Shown here: positions 1 to 64,000 of the stretch, one piece after another
Layout: every line of letters begins with the position of its first letter
Position numbering within the stretch: the stretch's first letter is position 1
DNA from: Harriotta raleighana
Taxonomy: Eukaryota
NCBI GenBank assembly: GCA_050575255.1
Contig: JBNZDD010013678.1
Coordinates: 2,628,996-2,692,995 of the forward strand
Length of the DNA stretch: 64,000 nucleotides
Reading direction: 5' to 3'
Made by a program: the position numbers and the translations under genes
Notes under the pieces: model-generated
Seen by the model: the letters and a program-made list of their open reading frames with translations, nothing else
Database searches by the model: none
What the model was told of the DNA's origin: nothing

Positions 1-111
1 CTCCCCCTCCCCTGTCTCACCTCTCCCTCCCACTCTCCTGTCTCACCTCTCCCTCCCCTTCCCCTGTCTCACCTCTCCCTCCCCCTCCCCTGTCTCACCT
101 CTCCCTCTCCC
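1..111. repeat. C-rich minisatellite (unit about ctccccctcccctgtctcacctctcc) running into an assembly gap (N 112-255)
   Basis: About four copies of the ctgtctcacctctcc unit; pyrimidine-rich low complexity continues to about 360. Confidence 0.8.
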
Positions 112-743
112 NNNNNNNNNNNNNNNNNNNNNNNNNNNNNNNNNNNNNNNNNNNNNNNNNNNNNNNNNNNNNNNNNNNNNNNNNNNNNNNNNNNNNNNNN
201 NNNNNNNNNNNNNNNNNNNNNNNNNNNNNNNNNNNNNNNNNNNNNNNNNNNNNNNACCCCTCTCTCCCCTGTCTCCACCTCCCCCCCAGCCTCTCTGTTG
301 CCTCCCCCCATCTCCCCCCTTCTCCTTTCCCCTCCTTCCATTCATCCCTTCCTTCCTTCATTCACTTTCTGCCTACCTTGGCCTCACTGTTAAGCGCTCC
401 AGTGAAGGGCGCTGTGTAAATGCAAGTTGTTGTTTTTGATTGGAGGGGCGGAGAGGGAAAGCCTCCTCAAAGTGAGACCCCCAACCTCTCCCCTGGGGGG
501 GACATCATCAGGGAGAGAGAAAGAAATGAGCCGGGACTAAAGCCTTGTCCTGTGTCCCACCTCCTCGACCCCCTCAATCCCTCACAACCTCCTTCAAGGC
601 TCGTCTCAAGACCCTCGTCCGTCCACAGCTGCGGTCGCCCACGCCTGCCCTTCACCCCAACCAGATCCCAACTCAAATCCAAATCCCTGACTGCCCAGAG
701 CCTTGGGGGGTCTCCCTGACATGAAATGCACGAGACAAACACA

Positions 744-897
744 ATTTGTTGTTGTTGTTGCTGCTGCTGTTGTGTACGAGAGCCAAGCTGTAAGACACCC
801 TCTTCCAAAAGCAATGCCTCTCAGCCTGCCCTCGGGCTAGCTTGCTTTGTTGTCACTTGTGTGTCAGCAGTTGATATCAGTATGTATTGACTCCCAT

Positions 898-928
<31 letters not shown>
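744..928. repeat. Microsatellites (TTG/CTG)n at 744-772 and (CA)n at 902-928
   Basis: Read directly from the sequence. Confidence 0.85.
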
Positions 929-929
<1 letters not shown>

Positions 930-1170
930 AGTCCCACTGGACCAATACATTATATGGTCATTGTATCCTGACACCTGATGCAATGGAATACCATCAATCA
1001 CTGTATGATGTCCCCAATATTTTATCACCTAATCTCGACTCAATTCTTCTTTTGTTATTCCTACCCCGTTACCCCAGGAACAAAGAAAACTAGTTCCTGA
1101 AACACCTAAGGAGTTATAGTTAAAGCAGCTCAATCAGCAACTGAAGTAGAAATCTATGTTCCTCTCGCCG

Positions 1171-2020
1171 GAAATAATAATAATAATCCTTGCATTTGAT
1201 ATAGCACTTTTCACATCTTCTGGATGTCTCATCGCGCTGCACAGAATATACTGTAAAGTAAATTGACTATATACATATATGGGCAAAACGCTACATCCAA
1301 TTGGGCACAGTAGTATCCCACAAACAGTCGTGGATTGAAATGACCAAATTTTGAGGGATTGTCACAGTAAAACCCCTGTTTATCCAGCACCCACTGGGAC
1401 CTGGCCTGTTTGAATGGTTTTTAAAAAAAAATAATTCTAAATATAATTTTTTTTTAAATGTTAAATTATTTTGACACATACCATATTAATAATAGACTAA
1501 ATAATAACAGAATATTGTATTAGTACTTTATTATTTATATTTAACTTTGCAATCGCAGTACTGATTCGACAGAGGTAAAACAAACGCGACTTTTAAAGGG
1601 AGCAGTGCCGAGTTTAGACCTGACTAGCGGCCAGCACATAGACACACACACGCACAGACACAGATACAGACAGACACACACCATCAAAGATATTCAGTCT
1701 GAATCCATCATATAAATTCTGTCCACAATCCTCAACCACCCCCTTTTCTCTCCCTCTTTCCCTCTCTCTCTCTGCATCAACCTGCCCGACATTAAACGCG
1801 TCATCACTATTCGCCGGATAACTTCCCGTTAATCGAATTGGGACTTTTTTGAGATGGCGGTTGAACGGGTTTTCCGATTATTCAAGTCACGGATAAACAA
1901 GGTTTTTCTGTATTAGGCATGTGGCATAAGGAAAATTGCCCAAGATTTTGCCCTGCCTGGAATTGAATGCAGGTCTTTTGCTTGTAAGGCAAGTGCTCTA
2001 ACCACTGAACTATAGGACTC
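1171..2020 (-). mobile_element. tRNA-derived SINE split by a MITE insertion (tail/body 1171-1364, head 1913-2020)
   Basis: (TTA)n tail with the ccttgcatttgatatagc motif; tRNA-like head with A/B boxes on the - strand; same family as 29233-29523. Confidence 0.8.
1365..1910. mobile_element. Non-autonomous DNA transposon (MITE family A, Tc1/mariner-pogo/Tigger-like)
   Basis: TIRs CAGTAAAACCCCTGTTTATCC ... GGATAAACAAGGTTTTTCTG followed by TA; inverted homolog at 15538-16209. Confidence 0.8.
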
Positions 2021-3589
2021 TGCAGAAGTGGAGTCTCCTACAGGATTAATCTGCATTTTTATTGTTGTAGATTACCAATTAAGGTAGCTATACTCCACTT
2101 CCATCATGATTTCATGCCCAAATACTGTAATTACAATAAGTGTTTATATTTATTATTATTTCCCCCTGATTATTTTTATCTCTTTATATTGTTGATTACT
2201 TTTTCCAACTGGGTATTTAATTCAATGCAAATAAAACAACATTTGCATAGATAAAAAGTATTGAGGTGATCTAAAGAAATCCTCCAGAAGTTCACACATC
2301 TTACATTTATGATCTTACAGTCTTTGATCTTAAATAGTAAATGTATCTCTATTTTATATTGCTCTCTTATCAATGGACGTTCACAGTTCTTGGCTCATTG
2401 TGGAATCTTATGATGCCCCCAAAATAGCATGGGAAATGTTGGATATTCAAGTGGCCTATTTTCATCTTGTGTGAAAGTATTGTTGGAAACAAGGGCGTTT
2501 TATCTTCAGTCAGTGATGATATTGGGGTTAGCATTGGACTTGATTGCCAGACTGTTACAGAATTGTAAAATGTGGGAGCTGCCAATGTTTGCTGATACTT
2601 AGTACAGTTGCTAATGCGCAAAAAGGGAAATGTGAAGCAAGGGGTGCTTCAGAATGAACATTCCCTGAAATGTTTTTCCTATTTTTTGAGGAGATTAATT
2701 TACTCCTACATGTTGGGAGATCATTAACTTACTAAACACTAAACTCCGGTAACTCATCACTCCCACGTTTACAGGGTGGAGGGACGAATTATCCAGAGTA
2801 GAGTTAGGCGTATATATAAATACATATACTGTATAAATACGCTGGGATATTGCCAGCGTGATGATTTACGTTGTAGTGGAAGATTAAGACAGGGTCGAGT
2901 TATCAGGGGTTCACAGCATTTGAATGTAACATTCTCTATACAGTATTTCCATTTCCAACATCAAACCTTTTACCAGATTGTCTATTTTATGGATGATCAT
3001 ATTTCTTGATCCCAACTGCTAACCAACTCCCTCCCTGTACATCTCTATTCCATTGATCTATGTGGCCAATTTCACACTAATGGGAGACATACATTACACA
3101 CACTCCTTAGTGAGTTTGAAACCGCTCTATAATCACTTTACAGTACTATAATAGGATTGCGGAGAGCTGGAAATGGTGCTAAGCAAATGACACTCTATTT
3201 TCTGTAACATTTTGATACGCTTAATGTGGTTCAGGAGAACGTTACAGAACATCTATGAGGGACACTTTCTGAGGCCTCAGATGGTGTCTCACTGAATTGC
3301 TGTGTGAGAGTAAGCATGCAGAATCTCAGCCTTCATAAAGCTACACTATAACGTGTACAGAAAACCAGCACACACAAAGATCAGATCACACAAAGCGAGT
3401 GATTTTGCGCACAATATTCTATATCATAAGTTAACTCAATGTGATCACATCTGAAAACAAAATGGCCACTGGGTTGGACAGCACTGTTTAATCCTAATCA
3501 GTCTTCACTCTCGTATTAGTTGTTGTTACATCTAGTACTTAAAAGCTCCTGGCTGTATGATATTTTTTCAGAGAAATCAGAAATCAGTA

Positions 3590-3705
3590 TTTCGCCCACA
3601 AATATACAGTCAATTCACTTTACAATATATTCTGTAAAATGCTTTGAGATGCTTAGAAGACGTAAAAAGCGCTATATCAAATGCAAGGATTATTATCATT
3701 ATTAT
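3590..3705 (+). mobile_element. SINE 3' fragment
   Basis: tttcgcccacaaatatacagtcaattcactttac...aaatgcaaggattattat. Confidence 0.8.
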
Positions 3706-4419
3706 TTCCAACATTATGGATGGAGGTTAAGAGGTGGCAAGTTAGGAAACATCATCGCCCAATATTGCTGTGGTGTGCTCAGCTGGTACTGAATATTCTA
3801 TCTAGGAAACCTCCCATTTTGTTCAGATTTCCAAAAGAGTTGACTTCCTTGATATGAGCTGTTCTCTGTCTATCTTGTGTGTTCTGCTGTTATATATCTA
3901 ATTCACAAACATAAGAGAATTATTTTACCTATTGTTCCTTTGAGACACTAATCAGGTGAGCAACCGTTTCCTCTAATGTTGCTGTGTGATAAATCAGTTG
4001 CTGGGGTTGTTTAAGAACCAGTATAAAGTAATCCAATTATCTGGAGTACTTTTTACGTTTACTCATTTGAATTTCCAAAAAGGCTTGGATATAAAACTAG
4101 TGAGTAACTATCTATGTCTTGGTTCGAGGCAAAGATTATTCTATTAAATGAGGGCAGTTTAGTTTAGTTACATTTTATACCTTTCCATTTGTAGTTTCCC
4201 TGCAATGGTAGAGTGGATATTATCAAAGAGAGATAATTAAGAAGTGCATTAATACACAATGGGGTGTAATGACTGGGTTACACTGCTAGAATCATAAAAA
4301 TGATAGAGATGAAAGCAGAGTGTCAGTGAAAAAGAAAAGATTCAATTTTACACTTCAATGATATGTGCTTATCTGGGCTACCCAATGTGAAGGGTGTTAT
4401 ATAAATGTATTGTGCCTAA

Positions 4420-33954
<29,535 letters not shown>

Positions 33955-35614
33955 TAGTAGTTTTAAGAGTTCAAAGCGAGGTTTGAAAATGTAGAGTAGG
34001 GTCTAGAAAGCACTTCCATTTCATACAAACCACTCAATACCTAGATTGGCAACATGTAATTTAATGGCATATGAATCAAGGTGGAACAGAGTATTCATTT
34101 TATCTCAATAGCAATCTAAAAAATACTTGGCTTATTTGCAATCAAGGCAATATACACACCAATGTTTTTTTTAAAAAACTGAATGTCAATGTTTATTAAT
34201 ATGCCTTTAGAATTATGTTCCCAATATGTACAATCCCAAATGGGGAGGGTAGATAAGAGTACATTTTTAAAAAAAACCTTACATCATGGCAGGGATTATT
34301 AAGTGATTGTATTTTATCATCCACTACTGTACAAACTGCACTACTTCTGAACCTGTGGTTTTAAGCCATATTCTATATGCCTTCTGATATGTTTTGTAAT
34401 TGAGTATGAGCCCATTTTTTTTCTATTCTTCTGGACTAAGAAACATTGCAAGTGAAATTTCACCCCGCTCAAGATTAAACAAAGGCTTCAAAATTAAGGC
34501 TGTGTTTAAACAATTTGCCAAATTCTTAACTCTGAAATACTGTACTACATGAATACAGTCAATCTAGAACAGGAATTTTACTCCCGTAGTTGGAAATATC
34601 TGTTTATAGGTCACCGTCAAATGTGATACAGCTACTTGAAAGCATACAGCAGTCTAGGATGTATTCTTTTCTGCTCCAGCCTCACTTAATGTTTTGTTCT
34701 GTGGCCCCATTCGTAATAACAGTAGTTTTAAATAATTTTTAAGTATTTAAAAAAAATATTTCAAATCTGATTTTTAACTGAGGTATCCCCCCAAGACACA
34801 GGCTTCATTTATATTCCAATTAATAACTTGTGCTGCTTTGACAGTTTGTAATTCCATGTACTGTATTTAGTACTCAAAGGGTTTTCACAATTCCTCACTT
34901 AGGTTACACAAAGGGTTTGCCCTGTGCTTTGAACTTTCGCAATTGGTGAAACCATTTTTTGGGGGAAACAGAAACTTTGCCCAAGGGTGTAATACATTTG
35001 ATTGCAGTTGTGTTATTGATTAAAATGTTACTTGGAGAGTAACATTGACACAAAAGTGCTCATAGCCTTTAGAATTTTATACCTACGTGAGCTGTAGTCT
35101 ACCTTTATTTGTGTACAAAAGTCACCTAGGTATTTTAACCGGTTATCAAATATTTAAAAACTGCTGTGGTATTGTTCTGGATAGTTTAATGTGGTTTGTA
35201 TGTGAAGATTTTTTTTATGGTGCCTCTGACCTTAAAATTAATGGCTTTCCATAGTGAGTTTATCTTTTAATGTCTCCTTAAGTTTAAACTTACACTTTCT
35301 TCCATTTGAATGTTTGAAACACTGGGCAATTTATAAATCCTATCCCTAGCAATCATTGTATCCCCAATTTAATAATGTAAGTGGTTTTACTGGTTATATA
35401 ATTTGCCTTATAATAATATTACCAAGATAACAGAATTCCTTTCAACCATGCTGGGTAGGAAGTAAAATCTACTACATAATGATTGTCAAGCACAAAAAAC
35501 ATACAAGATTATATGTAAAACTGAAATCCATAATCAAATGTTTAAAGGGCTTTTTAAAAAAAAAATGTCTTGCAATTAATTGAACAAAGTTAATGGCAGT
35601 TTTACATATACCAA

Positions 35615-35620
35615 AATAAA
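35615..35620 (+). terminator. Candidate DYNC1I2 poly(A) signal
   Basis: First canonical AATAAA I found after the stop codon; GU-rich tract (tgtgtggtgtcttct) about 30 nt downstream. Confidence 0.5.
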
Positions 35621-35733
35621 CACACAGAGAGAAAACTGGATATTACATATGTGTGGTGTCTTCTATGCTGTATGACTAACATTTTGGAATTTCATCTATG
35701 TTGGATCAGTCATATAAATCATTTTAAAGACAA

Positions 35734-35739
35734 TTTATT
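35734..35739 (-). terminator. Candidate distal SLC25A12 poly(A) signal
   Basis: TTTATT on + (AATAAA on -); lies where the T-rich + strand (DYNC1I2 UTR) switches to A-rich (antisense of the SLC25A12 UTR). Confidence 0.4.
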
Positions 35740-37762
35740 TTGTAACTTATTCTTCGAAGTATATAAAGACTAGAACCATAAAACACAACCCCCCAAACTT
35801 TAACTTGAATCAGAAAATATGCAGCTTATAGGTAACTGAATGTTCACACTTATTTCACCTCATATGTCACTCCACTCTACATATATGCTGCAAAAGATAC
35901 TTATCAAATAAAAAATGTTACTGCTATACTGTTAAAATATAAAGAAAATTACTTGCTAAATGGATAAGTGATGACAAAAGTGAAATTAATAAAAAACATC
36001 AGCAGATGCATATGTGAAGTCAACAATACTAAATACATTACCTTGATCTTGCGTCTCGATCTGGTTCTGAAAGGTGAACCTTTCCTAAGTCAACATGTCT
36101 GCTCTGAATGGCTTACATACAAATTATAAGTTACCATCTGACAATTTCAGACACTAAAATGAACACATCAGAGGTTTATTTTTCATAAAGAAATTGATAC
36201 AATGAAAATTATAACTTTAAAATAGTAAAATCCTCTAATACTTAAATTTGGATGACATGATTTAACAAAACCTTTAATCTGTACAGCATTCGTCACCAAC
36301 CTTACAACCCAAGCATATTGCAACACAGCATCCGATTTATTTGATCAGTTCTCAATGATGTTTCTATACAGAGATGTACAATATGTACAGATATAAGTGC
36401 AAGCTGTGCAAAGCAAATTAAAATAGTTGCCACAGATAAAAAAAATAAAGATTATACATAGAATAAATTTAGTAGAAATCTGTTAAAGATCATCCATAGT
36501 ATAGTGGAAATACCCTTTGTATCTGAGAGCCTTTGCTTTTTTTTAAACAGACTGACTTATTGAAGCATAATTCTTACTTGAAAGGCTTTTCCAGCAAACT
36601 CAAACTTATGAGATCAACCTGCATACAAATATAATTGAAGCATTTAGGGGTGGGAAGAGGGAGAGATAGATAGGAGTGCATCTGCTGGTTACCACTGATT
36701 TATAAGGATTTAATCCAGTAAGGGTTTCTTTCAATGATACAAAATATTTAGAATTGGTCTCTAAAAATTTATTAGTGGATATGATCCACATAAATCTTTC
36801 ATCCTGGCATTCATTATACCTGAAGATACCGATTATTTAACTATTCAATAGATAGGAGATAGTGCTTCTGTAATGCAGCTTTAAATGGCAATAATTATCA
36901 CTCATTGATGATTGATAGAAGTCTAAGCAGAAATTCAAAAATTAATTGGAATCCTACTTTCCAAATAAATATTGCACAGTCCATTCATTACTCGTTCCTT
37001 CTTCAAGAAAAGAGTTTCTCCCCCACCCCATTTTCCACCTTCTTTAGTCATAAAGAAATTTGTCCAATTATTGTTGCAGAGATTTAAAATAGATTTTTTT
37101 GCATTCATGTAAAACCTATTTAAACCACACTCAGGGGGATAGATACATTTACAATGACAATTACAATTTTCTTCATACAATTCTGTGATGTTACAGTAAA
37201 ACAGCAACAAGTCTCACGTGGTTAGCTTTTAAGTTTAGATTTTTTTTGACAATAAAATAAGTTACAAATTATTGAACCCCCACCTCCATGCTGGTCTGAA
37301 CTCTGTGGAGTAGCAAAGATTAATAGAATAGAGAACACAATCTCAAAGTGAAGACTTGTTCTCCGTTTAACAAAAATCTGATCAACAAAGGTGGCAATAG
37401 CAGCACAACAGAAATATAGCAATATCACAATGAAAATTTTTATATTTCGGATGCACTTCCATTAATATATTTTGATCAGGCTTCTGCGATCTCGATTTTA
37501 AATTATACATTTTATTTCTAGCTTCAAGTAGAATATTCTTATTTATTTTTTTTGCACATGATCTCTCTAAAATTGTACAAATAAGATAAATCTGTGACAA
37601 TCTTCCGCAATGCAAACACTTTAAACATTGAATATTTTTATTACAAAAATTTTAGTTAAAGAAATACATGATTTCAATCAAATTTCAACTGACCACCACT
37701 ACATGCATTTATTATTTGTTTCAACACTGTTCCATATTATTGACAGGACCTCGTAACAGACT

Positions 37763-62713
<24,951 letters not shown>

Positions 62714-63049
62714 TGCTGATCACGTGAGGCCGCCGGGCCCGGGCCGCTCTTGACGCAGCGTGTGAACTTCCCGGCAGCCACCGGGAGGGAGGCAGGGGAG
62801 GGCCCGCCGTGCGCAGGCGTGTGATCCTCCCGGCAGCTACCGCGAAGGAGGGCTCCTCCGCGCGCATGCGTGCGAACTTCCCGGCAGCCACCGCGAGGGA
62901 GAGATGGGCTACCGTGTGCACATGCGCTGAGCTCAACCGAACCCTCCCCTACCCACCCCTCCCATTGCAGCTGACAGATAGAGCATCACCAAGCAGCCTC
63001 TCCCCACCACTTACACATACATACACATACATACACATAGTATGTATAC

Positions 63050-63925
63050 ATGTAGCGTGAGACCTGTGTTCGAATCCAGGCAGGTCAGGGCGAAACCTTG
63101 GGCGAGTTCCCTTACTCCACACACACGCACACACACACACGCCTAATAATAATCCGTCAAAAAAAAACCCACAATGATAAAAATTTGTCAATTCAATCCA
63201 CGACTGTTTGTGGGGGACGCTGCTGTGCGCAATTNGCACACACGCGCCTAATAATAATCCGTCAAAAAAACCCCACAATGATAAAAATTTGTCAATTCAA
63301 TCCACGACTGTTTGTAGGGGACGCTGCTGTGCGCAATTGGCCGCGTCGTTTCACCCACAAACATACAGTCAATTCACTTTACAGTATATTCTGTGAAGCG
63401 CTTTGAGACGTTGATAAGATGTGAAAAGCCGCTATATCAAATGTAAGGATTATTATTATGTATGCGTTTCGCCCACAAATGTACAGTCAATTCACCTCAC
63501 AGTATACTGTATGCTGTGAAGCGCTTTGAGACATTTAGAAGACATGAACAGCGCTGTATCAAATGTAAGGATTATTATACATACTCTACATAGGTACAAA
63601 CAACAAACAGTAGGAATCCTTGCATTTAATAGATAGGATTATAAAATGTCAGGATTATTGTTACATGATAAGGCGCTACATCAAATGCAAGGATTATTCT
63701 TATGGATGCTGGCGTGTTTCTTTTGCATGTTCTGGAGTTGTTGGAATAAGAATTAAGAATAATCCTTGCATTTGACTGGTGCTTTTCACCACTTCTAAAC
63801 GTCTTCACAGAATATACTGTAAAGTGGATTGTATATTTGTGGGCGAAACGTGGCAGCCAATTGTACACACCATGGTCCCATCAACAGTAGTGGATTGAAA
63901 TGATTTTTTCTTTGAGGGATTATGA
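63050..63925. mobile_element. Cluster of SINE copies upstream of SLC25A12 (+ 63050-63460, + 63463-63577, - 63755-63925)
   Basis: B box gttcgaatcc and repeated family tails; an ~100-bp segment is repeated across the N at 63235. Confidence 0.8.
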
Positions 63926-64000
63926 TCTAAATCACATAGGGACATATCAAAAATCAAAGAGTGGTTAATTGACAAAATATTATACTTTCATGCTGTAAAT

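Noticed and set aside
43-361. G/R/E-rich ORFs crossing the N run
   Set aside because: Translations of a low-complexity minisatellite and an assembly gap.
420-814. Overlapping 99 and 115 aa ORFs, one with poly-Q
   Set aside because: The poly-Q comes from a TTG/CTG microsatellite; no recognisable homology or splice context.
63125-63340. About 100-bp tandem repeat around the N at 63235
   Set aside because: Probably a contig overlap or two haplotypes within one SINE.

Overview
Vertebrate genomic DNA: AT-rich, GT-AG introns, tRNA-derived SINEs and CR1/L2 remnants. The repeat landscape suggests a cartilaginous fish such as a chimaera (inference). Two complete coding sequences lie tail to tail. 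DYNC1I2 (cytoplasmic dynein 1 intermediate chain 2) is on the + strand with 16 coding exons (4465-33954, about 642 aa for the longest splice form); its non-coding first exon was not identified. SLC25A12 (aralar/AGC1, mitochondrial aspartate/glutamate carrier) is on the - strand with 18 exons (62713-37763, 681 aa) and a CpG-island promoter at about 62.5-62.95 kb. Every exon boundary was read by hand and the phases join in frame. Notable non-coding structure: (1) a 221-bp palindromic insertion with a 15-bp target-site duplication and a decayed hammerhead-ribozyme core (Penelope-like); (2) a 130-bp near-perfect inverted repeat in SLC25A12 intron 2; (3) a diverged partial copy of SLC25A12 exon 12 plus its donor, embedded in SINE sequence; (4) a GC-AG intron; (5) head-on poly(A) signals about 115 bp apart; (6) a triplicated ZNF143-like promoter module; (7) candidate conserved enhancers and CTCF sites. 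A 1150-bp exact duplication around a single N is an assembly artefact. I see no evidence for a wholly new biological system.
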